A stretch of DNA of 64,000 nt from Candidatus Poribacteria bacterium. GTDB taxonomy: Bacteria; Poribacteria; WGA-4E; WGA-3G. The translations under genes and the position numbers were made by a program. Positions 1 through 10,532 of the stretch are shown piece by piece. The stretch is taken from assembly GCA_963665235.2 (NCBI GenBank), contig CAXXLX010000001.1, positions 992,001-1,056,000 of the forward strand, read 5' to 3'. Under the pieces are notes generated by a model. The model saw nothing but the letters and a program-made list of their open reading frames with translations, did no database searches and was not told where the DNA came from. Numbering within the stretch: the stretch's first letter is position 1; every line of letters begins with the position of its first letter.

Positions 1-1
1 C

Positions 2-1687
2 GGACAAGAGTGGGTCAGTAGTGTCGCGCTCAGTCCAGATGGGAAAATAATCGCAAGTGGCGGTGCATGTGTGGAAGGTATGTGCCCAGGAATCACATTA
101 TTGGATACGCAAACAGGCGGACAGCTCAAATCATTTGGAGGTTCCTATACTCCTTTGAGTGTATGTTTCAGTCCGGATGGAAAAACGCTCGCGAGTAGTG
201 GAGATGAATGGGACAGCAACATCCGCTTGTGGGATGTTCAGACTGGCGAACTCCTCAAAACTCTCAAAAAACGTACGGCTTTTGAAGATTTTGAGGGGCG
301 CGATGTCAACAGTGTCGTTTTCAGTCCAGATGGAAACACTATCGCCAGCGGCAGTGGTAATGGAACCATCCGCCTATGGAATCCCCACACCGGTGAATTC
401 ATCAAATATCTTGAAGGACATACGAAGGCTATCAGCAGCGTGGCTTTCAGTCCAAACGGAAATACGCTTCTTAGCGCAGGTGCGGAGGGTTTCTGCTTAT
501 GGGATGTCAACACCGGTGAATACATCGCCCTCGAAGACATTGCAACTCATGCGGCCAGCGCAGCTTTCAGTCCAGATGGAAACACATGCGCGATTGCAAG
601 TGAAATGGGTATATTTGTACATAATGCTCATACTTTTCAATTCCTCGAAATTCTTACGAGAAATACAGGTTCAGAAGATGAATTCAGAGGAAAAGACATA
701 GGTTCAATCGGAAGTGTGGTTTTCAGTCCAGACGGAAACACTATTGTTAGTTGTGGGGGGAACAATATCCATCTATGGGATGCCCACACTAATCAACTTC
801 TCAAAACGCTGATAGGGCATAGGGAGTCTGTCAACAGTGTCGTTTTTAGTCCGGATGGAAACACAATCGCAAGTGCAAGTGCCGACAGAACGATTCGCCT
901 ATGGAATGTTAACACACGGGAACTCCTCAAAACGTTGATGGCACATGCGGCTTCGGTGAGCAGTGTCGTTTTCAGTCCAGATAGCAAGACAATCGCCAGT
1001 GCGGGTAACGACAGAACTATCCGCTTATGGAATGCACACACGGGCGAACTCCTCAAACCCCTCATTGGACATGTAGAAAACGTCAATACTATCGCCTTTA
1101 GTCCAGATGGAAAGATTATCGCCAGTGGCAGTGGCAGGTTAGTATATTTGGGAGGGGGTGAGGATTCGGGTACGTGTGTGGGTCAAGAAATTCGCCTATG
1201 GAATGCCAACACTGGCAAACATCTCAAAACCCTTAAGGGGCATACCTCTGTAGTCAATAGTGTCGTTTTCAGTCCAGACGGGAAAACAATCGTCAGTGGC
1301 AGCGGGCATTGGAGAGGCTATGAAGGCAAGGCGAGTGCGGGTGAGGAAATCCGTTTGTGGAATGCCTACACCGGTGAACTCATCAAAACTCTCAAAGGAC
1401 ATAAAGATGTAGTCTCAAGCGTGGCATTCAGTCCAGATGGAAATCTTATCGTTAGTGGAGACTGGTATGATTGGGATGGATATCTCAGTAGTGGAACTTG
1501 GACCGGAGAAATCCGTGTGTGGGATGCTCACACAGGTGAACACCTCAAAATCCTCAAAGGACATACGGGGGGTGTCTCAAGCGTGGCATTTAGTCCGGAT
1601 GGAAAAACGCTCGCCAGCGGGCGCACAGATGGCACAATCCTGCTGTGGGACTTCTCTGAACTAACAAAACAGGAGATGAAGCAATGA
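2..1687 (+). CDS. WD40 repeat protein (5' partial)
   Basis: Many repeats of GH..V.SV.FSPDG..IASG..D.TIRLW; frame is open from position 2. Confidence 0.92.
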   Translation, partial: GQEWVSSVALSPDGKIIASGGACVEGMCPGITLLDTQTGGQLKSFGGSYTPLSVCFSPDGKTLASSGDEWDSNIRLWDVQTGELLKTLKKRTAFEDFEGRDVNSVVFSPDGNTIASGSGNGTIRLWNPHTGEFIKYLEGHTKAISSVAFSPNGNTLLSAGAEGFCLWDVNTGEYIALEDIATHAASAAFSPDGNTCAIASEMGIFVHNAHTFQFLEILTRNTGSEDEFRGKDIGSIGSVVFSPDGNTIVSCGGNNIHLWDAHTNQLLKTLIGHRESVNSVVFSPDGNTIASASADRTIRLWNVNTRELLKTLMAHAASVSSVVFSPDSKTIASAGNDRTIRLWNAHTGELLKPLIGHVENVNTIAFSPDGKIIASGSGRLVYLGGGEDSGTCVGQEIRLWNANTGKHLKTLKGHTSVVNSVVFSPDGKTIVSGSGHWRGYEGKASAGEEIRLWNAYTGELIKTLKGHKDVVSSVAFSPDGNLIVSGDWYDWDGYLSSGTWTGEIRVWDAHTGEHLKILKGHTGGVSSVAFSPDGKTLASGRTDGTILLWDFSELTKQEMKQ

Positions 1688-2427
1688 ACGTTTTACTGAT
1701 AGGTGGTTCAGGCCATGTCGGAACAATGACGCTCCCTTATATGAAGTCCCACCACAATTTCAGAGTGCTTGACATCGCCCCTCCCAAAGACGAATCGGTA
1801 GAATATATTCAAGGCTCCGTTACGGATGCGGACATTGTACAGGAAGCGTTGAAGGGTATGGATACCTTTGTCTATATGGTAATGCTGCAACCGACGAGCG
1901 ACCGGTCCTCTGTTGCGGATTTCAGTGACATTGTTGCAAACTACGATGTGAACGCGAAGGGGCTTCATCTCGTACTGCATGCTGCGAAAGCGGCAGGAAT
2001 TCGCCACGGTGTTTACACAAGCACGTTCACCGTGCATGAACGCACCCGGAACAGTTTTCCTTATGAAGATGTTGTGCCTCGCGATAACCCCGGCGTTTAC
2101 GGGTTGACCAAGGGGTTCGGTGAGCAGGTATGCGAATACTTCGCTCGCGAACACGATATGTCCCTTATTGCGTTGCGAATTACGGGGCCGTCAACACGAG
2201 CACAGTGGCTTGAACGGCGCACCCAACCGAAAGATTCTTCAGTGCATATCTGGTGGACAGATGAAGAAGACCTGGCACGAGCGTATCTCGCCGCTATTTC
2301 GGTCGAACATCAGGGTTTTGATGCAGTCTTTATTGCGGGAGACCATGAACAGAAGGAGATTAACCTGTCAAAAGCGAAACGGTTGCTCGGTTGGATGCCG
2401 TTGACGCATACGTCAATTGGCAAATAG
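1684..2427 (+). CDS. NAD-dependent epimerase/dehydratase (uronate dehydrogenase-like SDR)
   Basis: GGSGHVG Rossmann motif, YGLTK catalytic motif; ATGA overlap with upstream gene. Confidence 0.85.
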   Translation: MNVLLIGGSGHVGTMTLPYMKSHHNFRVLDIAPPKDESVEYIQGSVTDADIVQEALKGMDTFVYMVMLQPTSDRSSVADFSDIVANYDVNAKGLHLVLHAAKAAGIRHGVYTSTFTVHERTRNSFPYEDVVPRDNPGVYGLTKGFGEQVCEYFAREHDMSLIALRITGPSTRAQWLERRTQPKDSSVHIWWTDEEDLARAYLAAISVEHQGFDAVFIAGDHEQKEINLSKAKRLLGWMPLTHTSIGK

Positions 2428-3038
2428 CAGGCAGTTCTGGTGTGCAACCGTGTGTGTATTGTCAGAATCGCGGATTACACAGAGGACACGGAAGGCACGG
2501 AAAAAGAGGTTTTTGGCTAACATCTACGCATTTTGTGAAGGACACAGAGAACACGGAAAATACCTGTCTGAATCGCGGAAGACATAGGACACATATCACC
2601 CCGATGGGGCTAGGTTGTGTTTTGTTTGCGTTTTCTATAAACATACCGCCCCGCTGGGGCTGAACTCTTGCACATCGGGGTCTATTTTTCTGCTATTTGT
2701 CCTTGTGTGAGGAACGTAGAGAAAAATCAGAAATGCTTTGAAATCGGGCATCAACCTCACAGATATTGTCCAAACTGTAGTAGATGTTATCTTGTGAAAT
2801 CCAATATAGAAGTCACATAAGCCCTTTCTGCGTTTTCCGTGTTCTCCGTGCTAATCCGCGATTTGCTGCGTATTCGCCCAAATGCGACGTGCATTCAGAC
2901 AAAAAAGATGTAACATAATAGCAGCAGAAACTGCTCCTTCTATTAGTGGTCTGCTCGCTAAGTTTATATGGTAATATGGACACGCCATCGTCGCAAGCAC
3001 GGTAGTCTGTCCCGGCTATTATCTGGAAATTCAAATAA

Positions 3039-3150
3039 TACCATTTTTATTAATTATTCTACCATTACCAGTTGTTAGAAATGAAACGGAGAACGGCACA
3101 AACTGGAAGTTTATGCTACAAGAAAGAGACATTTTCAATTAGAAATGGTA
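3039..3150. mobile_element. 112-bp MITE (TWA family), copy 1
   Basis: TIR TACCATTT...AAATGGTA with TAA duplicated on both flanks; same sequence as 31936-32047. Confidence 0.85.
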
Positions 3151-3390
3151 TAACATAAGAATTTACCGAGTGAACCAATTAGTCCCGTAGGGACGATATC
3201 TTTATAGCAGCCGAGACCGCTCCTTCTGTTAGTCCCGTAGGGACGATATATTTATAGAGGTTAGTGCAAACGGATATTTATTATCAAGCTCACGTTAGTA
3301 TAGTAGGATTTAGAATTAATCGGACATTGTCCGCATCTCGTTTACGAAAGTGCACTTACCGGGGATGTTGTAGAACAAATTTTATGAAGA

Positions 3391-3505
3391 TAGGGTTTAC
3401 GCAGGGCGTTGATAGACTCTTATGATAGTGGAATCTAGAGCGAGACATAGCGGGCGGGGAGACCCCGCCCCTACGAGGCTTAGTCCTAAATTTGCGTAAG
3501 TCCTG
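3391..3505. mobile_element. MITE-like element with CAGGACTTACGCA-type TIRs containing a GTAG REP
   Basis: Inverted homolog at 27205-27318; ends tagggtttacgca / tgcgtaagtcctg. Confidence 0.65.
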
Positions 3506-3758
3506 GAAGATTAATTTTTAAATTCGGTAATTTCAGAACGGGCGATGAATCGCCCTACTACAAACGGGTGTACAAAAACTTTACACACCCGTTTGCACCT
3601 AAAATGCAAGTATGTTATACTAGTTGTACACTCAGAAACTTTTCACTATTCTGCCCCGTTATGTCAAAAAACGCACTACTAACACGATAACGCCAGGGGC
3701 AACCGTTAACTTGAGCTCGCGACCGTGTCAGCAATTTAACTACGAGGTGATTTTTTTT

Positions 3759-4703
3759 ATGATACAGACTATTTTAAGACCCAAGTTGACCTATACATGG
3801 GCAAATTTCGCGCTTACCTTAACGTTGCTACTGCTCCTGTCCATACCCCTCAGCGGCTGTGGGCTCAGCAAGCTCTCCAAAATTCAGGAGGAAGGCGACT
3901 TAGTGGTGGTCGAAACCACCCTAGAGAAAAATCTCAAGACGCTTGAACGTCTCTCCAAATTAGGCAATAAATCTCTGATTGTCAAAACCGCCCGCGCCCA
4001 TGCATCTTATAGCGGATTCCTTGAAGATAAGATGGAAGAGGCTGAAATCGCAGGGGACACTGAAACAGCAGCCGATATGCGTACACAAGCGATTGAACAC
4101 TATGCACGCTCCGAGATGTATGCGTTCAAAGCACTCGCGAAATCCGATAAAACCTTCAAAAATGCACGAAATGTTAATACGGACACCTTTCAAAAAGCAC
4201 TTCAGAAATTGAAAAAAAAGGAGGTCGAACCCCTATTTTGGGCAGCGTACGCTATAGCCCGCGGTATCAGTCTGCAGAAGGATGACCCGATGCAAGTCAT
4301 TGACCTAGCACGCGTGGAATTCATGATGAAACGTGTCCTGGAATTAGACGAAACCTTCTACTTCGGGGGTGCACATCTGTTCTATGTTGTCTATTACGGC
4401 GACCGACCGCCAGCAATCGGGGGTGACCCTGAAAGGGCAAAAGAACACCTCGACCGGGTTGATGAGATTAATAACGGCAAACTCCTTTTGAACAAATTCT
4501 ATCGCGCCCGATACTACGCCTATCCAAAACAGGATGTTGAACTTTACAAAAAATCTTTACAGGAAGTTATTGACGCACCTGCCGATGTATATCCCGGGCA
4601 AGAGGCAGCAACTTCAATCGCAAAAGCCCGAGCTAAACGTTGGCTCTCACAGACCGATGTACTTTTTAACTTAGAAACGGAAGAAGGAGAAACCGAAGAA
4701 TGA
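3759..4703 (+). CDS. TRAP (TPAT) transporter TatT-family lipoprotein
   Basis: Lipobox LSGC; LELDETFYFGGAH and PPAIGGDPERAKEH motifs; overlaps a dctP-like gene. Confidence 0.8.
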   Translation: MIQTILRPKLTYTWANFALTLTLLLLLSIPLSGCGLSKLSKIQEEGDLVVVETTLEKNLKTLERLSKLGNKSLIVKTARAHASYSGFLEDKMEEAEIAGDTETAADMRTQAIEHYARSEMYAFKALAKSDKTFKNARNVNTDTFQKALQKLKKKEVEPLFWAAYAIARGISLQKDDPMQVIDLARVEFMMKRVLELDETFYFGGAHLFYVVYYGDRPPAIGGDPERAKEHLDRVDEINNGKLLLNKFYRARYYAYPKQDVELYKKSLQEVIDAPADVYPGQEAATSIAKARAKRWLSQTDVLFNLETEEGETEE

Positions 4704-5728
4704 ATCGTAAAATCCGAATCGCAAGTATAGTGAACCTGCTCCTTATAATTGTGAGCATGCTCTGTTTATCAATAGCCGCTCACGCCGCCGAGTTTATTAA
4801 GTTTGCTACACTCGCGCCCAAGGGGTCCACCTGGATGAAGAATTTTGAGGCGATGGCAAAAGAAATTACCGACAACACGGATGACCAACTCAAGTTCCGA
4901 TTCTATGCAAACGGAATACAGGGTGACGAACTCGATGTCATCCGAAAGATGCGTGCAGGACTGCTTCATGCAGGAGCTATGACCGCCACCGGACTTGGCG
5001 AAATACAGGAAGAAATCTTAATCTTTCAACTGCCCCGATTGTTCAAAACCTACGAAGAACTCGACCATGTTCGCAACTATCTCCGAGATGACCTAGACAA
5101 AGCCTTTTTAGATAAGGGATACGTCCTGCTCGGAATGGGAGACATCGGGTTTTATTACATTTTCAGCAATCAACCCATTAAGAACATCGAGGACCTACGG
5201 TCGACAGCTGTCAAGATGTGGGTACGAACCAGCGACAAGATAGGGATTGAATTTTATAAACATGCCAATGTCGCAACTGTGCCGAGAGAGGTTACACAGG
5301 TGATGTCTTCTCTCTATTCCGGACAAATCAACGCAGTGACCGTCTCCCCTTATGTGACCATTGCACTCCAGTGGCACGACAAATTCAAATACATGACGAC
5401 CCTACCGATAAATGTTGGGGTTGGCGCGACGCTGATTACAAAGGAGAAGTTCGATAAACTGACTCCTGAACAGCAAAAAGTTTTACGTGAAACCGGTGCC
5501 AAATATCAGCAGATGTTGATTCAGAGCGTTCGAAAAGATAATGAAATAGCAGTTGAAGCGTTGACAAAGAAGGCCGGTATTAAGCTCGTTGAGTTTGAAT
5601 CGGATGCACAGGAGGCGTGGGACATCCTCGCGACCGAAACGCACAAAACGCTTGTCGGTCAAATATACTCACAAGAATTCCTTGACAAGATAAACAATTT
5701 GCTAAAGGAATATCGCGAGAAGAAATAG
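4700..5728 (+). CDS. dctP: TRAP substrate-binding protein DctP/TatP
   Basis: IKFATLAPKGSTW, GDE..VIRKMR motifs; signal peptide. Confidence 0.88.
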   Translation: MNRKIRIASIVNLLLIIVSMLCLSIAAHAAEFIKFATLAPKGSTWMKNFEAMAKEITDNTDDQLKFRFYANGIQGDELDVIRKMRAGLLHAGAMTATGLGEIQEEILIFQLPRLFKTYEELDHVRNYLRDDLDKAFLDKGYVLLGMGDIGFYYIFSNQPIKNIEDLRSTAVKMWVRTSDKIGIEFYKHANVATVPREVTQVMSSLYSGQINAVTVSPYVTIALQWHDKFKYMTTLPINVGVGATLITKEKFDKLTPEQQKVLRETGAKYQQMLIQSVRKDNEIAVEALTKKAGIKLVEFESDAQEAWDILATETHKTLVGQIYSQEFLDKINNLLKEYREKK

Positions 5729-5897
5729 TTCTCAAAAACAGGAGGGGCTCATGTAAAGAATTCAGTGCGAATGAAAACATTTAACTTGTGTGGCCATTGC
5801 TTTCATAAAAAAAACCGCACACACTTTTTACATGAGCGTCGCTGTACAATCTCTTGAATAGTGGTTGGGTTTTCCATTGTGTGGCCTCCTTTTCGGT

Positions 5898-7334
5898 TTA
5901 ATTTTCAAACTGGACATATTCAGCAATTTTAAGTTTTTCGTTCGCTGCCCATCTGTCCAAGATGGATTTTTCTGATAGTGTGGGGATCCGATTTCGCCTG
6001 CCGCGAACTTGCCGGATTACCTTATCGGCGAGTAAGAGCTCAATTGTTAAGACTTTGCGCCGGCCATCGGCATCTTCTCTCTCCATTGTCCAGATAGATT
6101 TCTGCCCGGCGTGGCAGGACTTGGCATAACTTCTGACGCAGTGCCCCATTCTACGTCCCTCATCACTTAGTTCGCCTGTGCTGAGCAGTTCACGAATATA
6201 CCAGAATTTGAGGTTGCGTTTCTCCTTACTTCCCTGTCGAAGCTGGAATTCGCCGATATCTGAATGTGCCCACTGTAAGTTCCCCATTCGTGTTTCTCTA
6301 CCGAGTTCCGTATGCCATTCGTCAACCTGACGGAGCAGTGTCTCAGGCGTTCTGCCCCTCATACTGAAGTTAGGTTGCGCCGGTCCAATATCTTCTGCAA
6401 CGCCTCTCTCAACAAAAATGTGTCGGTTTTCAAATTTTTGGTTCCAGATAAAATCGATAATCGGATGTACGTGACTGACATCTAACATCGGATTTGCGAT
6501 AAAAAAACGGAAGACATTGAGCCAGAAATCGTCGTTGCCAAAATCTCCGATGAGACGTGTCCCGCGGAGTGCGTCCGCTAAACGTCTATCCCCGCCGAGT
6601 GCGTGTACTTGTCCCCAGCGGAGTGCTTCTTCAACGGTGTACTGCTTGGGTGCCTGCAGGAAATGGTGTGCCATCTTTTTTGTGAGCGATGTAGGTATAT
6701 CTGGAGCAGTTCGGATGTTTTGACCTGCCCCGATGTGTTTGTACCAATTCTGATATGTTTCGTTTTCAGTAAACCACACCTGCTCCATGAAGGTAGGCAC
6801 GTGATATTCGGCGAAAAGATGCCGAGCTAGCTCCGCGAACTGTCTATCGCGGTTATGGCTTTTGACCTGCCATGTCTCAAGGGGCCGGAGCCAGTTTTCG
6901 GCGTGATTGGCAATCGCTGCGATACCCTCAATATAGGTTTCATCCTTTAAGAGTTCGGAGTTTTCTTCAAGGTATAACAGCAGTTGTAGGAGCACTTTCG
7001 GGGTGCTGCTATTCTGAAAAGCGTCTGCGATTTCTTCTGTGGTGACGTTCCGCAGTTTTTTGCCTGACAGTTCACCGCTATAAATTTTGGGGATGACCTC
7101 TTTCAAGTTGCGCTCTTTTTTCTCACTCGCCATAATCTCGGTGGCTTTGGTCACGACCACAAGCTCAAGTTCTTTTTGGCGTTGCCGTGAATTTTTGTTC
7201 AAGCTGCAGCTGAAATTGTGTTGGCGGCACCAATTTTTATAACGTTCAATTGAGGGTAAACCGAGTCGTAGGAGATGCTCTCGCATGCCCTCGGAGAGTT
7301 TTTCTATTTGTGTCTGTTTTTTTCTTTTCGCCAT
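5898..7334 (-). CDS. PcfJ domain-containing protein
   Basis: C-terminal EL..EGRRMGHCVRSY...TIEL...IRQVRGRRN pattern typical of PcfJ. Confidence 0.8.
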   Translation of the reverse strand: MAKRKKQTQIEKLSEGMREHLLRLGLPSIERYKNWCRQHNFSCSLNKNSRQRQKELELVVVTKATEIMASEKKERNLKEVIPKIYSGELSGKKLRNVTTEEIADAFQNSSTPKVLLQLLLYLEENSELLKDETYIEGIAAIANHAENWLRPLETWQVKSHNRDRQFAELARHLFAEYHVPTFMEQVWFTENETYQNWYKHIGAGQNIRTAPDIPTSLTKKMAHHFLQAPKQYTVEEALRWGQVHALGGDRRLADALRGTRLIGDFGNDDFWLNVFRFFIANPMLDVSHVHPIIDFIWNQKFENRHIFVERGVAEDIGPAQPNFSMRGRTPETLLRQVDEWHTELGRETRMGNLQWAHSDIGEFQLRQGSKEKRNLKFWYIRELLSTGELSDEGRRMGHCVRSYAKSCHAGQKSIWTMEREDADGRRKVLTIELLLADKVIRQVRGRRNRIPTLSEKSILDRWAANEKLKIAEYVQFEN

Positions 7335-7371
7335 CTGTTACGTTCTCCGATAAATCGTTCGGGACGCGTTA

Positions 7372-8358
7372 TCACAAGTCCGCGTCCGGTAAATTGCGAC
7401 ACTCTTTCAAATGGGGACTTTCCGCCATATTGAGGGTAAGGAAATTTGTCTGAAATTTCCCGGTTCGGGTTCTATCGAAGAGATCAAAACCTCGTTCGAC
7501 TCGGATAATAGCATGTTCTGTTTGCAAATATCTTGCATGGAATATACGATTAGCATCGTTTTTTACATGCAATTTTACCGGCCACGACGGGAATCTACGT
7601 TTTACTGGATTTATGAGGTCCCTGACAACTATTTGATGTTTAGCCCGATTTTGTGATCGCTTACTTCTTTTCAAACCTGCTGCGTCACTGTTTAGAATTC
7701 GCCTTGCACTACAAGTAAATATTTTCACACTTTGCTGACCTGCAAAAAAACCGTGTTTCTCCCAGAGAGATAAAATGTATTCAATACCTCTTCGGTAATA
7801 GCTTGTCCTGTCCCCCTTACCAATCTGCGGGTCATAAAACCGCAACCATTTTGAAAAGCGGACAGCACGAATGATGAGCTCGTCCACTGTTGCCTTGGGA
7901 AGCTTGTCTATTGCTCCAAATTGGTCCTCATATCGCCCCCGGTTTTTCTCAAAAGTGCTGGTGCGGTAGCCAGATAACGGGATAACATCTGCCCTAGCAG
8001 CCTTTAATGTTTTCAAGCTATCGTCCCCGACAATTAAGGCATCAGCCTCGGTATCGGTTCTCAAATTGTATCCTAACTCTAAAAGGGGCGTGGGATGTGG
8101 TGAAACGGGACATTCGACAACTCGCTGTGTTTTATTTTTCAAGAGCTCTTCAAACAAAATTTGTAATCGCTGCCCATACTTGATTGGGACCGCCTTAATC
8201 CGTGTAGTGAGGGCAGTTTGCAACCTTTTTTCCGAATCAAGAATCAGTAATCCGTTTTTTTCTATCCCTTTTAAGAAATCTTCCGCTTGTATCCGATAAA
8301 GTGCATCAAAATATTTCTTGTCAAACGCGGTCGGATCGGGGACTGCACTGACTAGCAT
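7372..8358 (-). CDS. Hypothetical protein with C-terminal PLD-like (MIT_C-like) motif
   Basis: ATG at 8358 with GGAG RBS; FHARYLQTEHAIIRVERGFDLF motif. Confidence 0.6.
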   Translation of the reverse strand: MLVSAVPDPTAFDKKYFDALYRIQAEDFLKGIEKNGLLILDSEKRLQTALTTRIKAVPIKYGQRLQILFEELLKNKTQRVVECPVSPHPTPLLELGYNLRTDTEADALIVGDDSLKTLKAARADVIPLSGYRTSTFEKNRGRYEDQFGAIDKLPKATVDELIIRAVRFSKWLRFYDPQIGKGDRTSYYRRGIEYILSLWEKHGFFAGQQSVKIFTCSARRILNSDAAGLKRSKRSQNRAKHQIVVRDLINPVKRRFPSWPVKLHVKNDANRIFHARYLQTEHAIIRVERGFDLFDRTRTGKFQTNFLTLNMAESPHLKECRNLPDADL

Positions 8359-8375
8359 GTATGCAACTCCTTCCG

Positions 8376-9979
8376 TTATCTCAGTTCGCGAAGTCGTTCT
8401 GGGAAAAAACCGTTGGGCCATTCATCGATAAAATCTCCCTCTTCGTCAATGTGTAAACGTTGGGATTCTGCTCCATCAGGACCACGGCTGACGTAGATAA
8501 CCGAAATATCTTCAGGCTTAATCTTTTGTTCATAGACTAAGCGCTGCAGCCGCAAGATTAGATGCTCACTGTGGGTTTCAATAATGAATTGATTTTGGCG
8601 AGGCTCCTTAATAGCTTCCGCTAAGAGGTCCCCGAGGTCTGCTTGTAATTTCGGATGCACGTGAACTTCCGGCTGCTCAATGGAGATAATCTGTTTCTCA
8701 GCAACCAAACTCTGAACAACGAAAGGAAGAAGTTGGCTAATACCGAAACCGACATCTGGGAGTGCAACATTTACGCGGTCTTCTCGACGTGTATCTATGA
8801 GTCTGACCTCAAAAAGATCACCTGAATCACTTCTCCTACCGGTTTCACTGCTAACTCATATCCCATGTCAAGACGTTGAAGCCATTCGTTTGTATCCTTA
8901 ACCAATTCAGGGCGACGAAAGAGCAGATCTGGGAGCAGGTCCCCCCGGTATCCGACATCTTGAGGACTGGTCCCTCTAAAAATGTACCATCTTTCCGGCG
9001 GACTCCGAAAAGGTCCCATTGGAAAAAGATAATCCAAAGTTCGTTCCAACGCCTCGCCTGCTGCTATAACCAATTGAGCGACATCGAAGTTTCTATATCA
9101 TCAGATTGACGATGTAATAAGAAGCGTGATTCTATTATCCAACGATTCCTTCTCTATACATAATTTAATGGAAGGAAACCCAGCAACCCAAGACCTGTGT
9201 TCATCTCCTCCTTGTGCCTCTTGGAGATATAAGCTTTCAAATCAAAATTTGAAGAGAAAAATTTAATATCATCTGCTAAGGAGCTGAGCTCTTCGCGAGG
9301 TTTGTTCTTGCCTTCCTCGTCAGCATTATGTTGTAGTAAATCCGTCAAATCTTTCCTTGAGCGTGTCAAGTATCGACTCCCTATTCTCTTGACACCAATC
9401 AAATTCCGGTTTCCAATACGCTGCTGCCTCTGTTAACCAAACGCACTCCATTGTAGTTAATTTTGAAGGTGGAAGACCGGGCAGATGTCGGAAAAATCCT
9501 CTGCCTATCACAAATTCCGGATCTTCCCCGATTGAGCCCGATGGCCGAAATTTGGCGATACGCTTAGCGGATTTTCCATCGTAAATGCTAATTTCATCTA
9601 AAAGGACCTCTTCCTTAAGTGAGGGACGCTCGAAACGAAATTCAATGCCTATTTTGTTTTTCCTATACGATGATGCTAGAATTGCCTTTTCTCTATCATT
9701 CATCGTAGTTTCAACACGAATAGAGAGTGTTCGTTCTAGGTCATGGTCGAAAATCATCTCCTGAAAGCTTCCGAGATCGACAATACCGTTTTCAGCGCGA
9801 GGGAGTAGCACAGCACCAGCCTCCCGGCTTTCTACCGTCTGCTTAAGTAGATTGAGTGCCTGCAAGATACTACTTTTTCCAGCACTATTCTCACCGAAAA
9901 TTAGGGTTATCGGTGCAAAGGGGATTTTGGCACGTTTTCCGAACGCCTTGAAATTCTCTAATTCTAGTGCATGAATCAT
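8376..9979 (-). pseudogene. ABC/AAA ATPase with DUF3696-type C-terminus, broken into at least 4 fragments
   Basis: LENFKAF start, Walker A GENSAGKS, DVGFGISQLLP, Walker B IISIEQPE, ETHSE and WPNGFF, distributed over different frames. Confidence 0.85.
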
Positions 9980-10061
9980 CAGATTTCTCCTACCGGAACG
10001 GGGGGTATATGTCGGGTTTTTCTCGTTTTCGATGCAAAATGATTTTGTCTACATAGGTGTA

Positions 10062-10090
10062 ATTATAGCATATCCCAAAAACTTTTTCAA
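10062..10090 (-). promoter_or_regulatory. sigma70-type promoter of the ATPase locus
   Basis: TTGAAA-17bp-TATAAT. Confidence 0.55.
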
Positions 10091-10107
10091 ATTAAATTCA
10101 TTTGTTT

Positions 10108-10527
10108 TCGCGTGCAAAGCACGCTCCTACAGAGGAGGGGTATCGCGTGCGAAGCACGCTCCTACAGAAGAAAACCCGCGAAATCCGTGTAATCCGCGAT
10201 AATCCTCGATTTGCGGTGGACTCGTCCAAATGCGACGTGCATGCAGACAACACACACAACATCACTTAAGCACAAAACTTTCCGTGTCCTCTGTGTCCTC
10301 TGTGTAATCCGCGATTCAGACAAAAAAGACACAATACCCTTAATCACAAAACCTTGATGCGGACACCTCTTAAAATCCGCGTCATCCGTGTAATCCGCGA
10401 TAATCCGCGATTCAGACAAAAAAGATGTAACATCAGGACAAAAACTTTACGCATCCATTTGTTTTCGCGTGCGAAGCACGCTCCTACAGAAGAAAGGAGG
10501 GTATCGCGTGCGCAGCACGCTCCTACA
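10108..10527. repeat. Cluster of GTAG-type REP palindromes (CGCGTGCGAAGCACGCTCCTAC) and AATCCGCGAT repeats
   Basis: Four near-identical REP copies; related repeats at 2461-2600, 35577-35740 and 44095-44210. Confidence 0.7.
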
Positions 10528-10532
10528 GCTCG

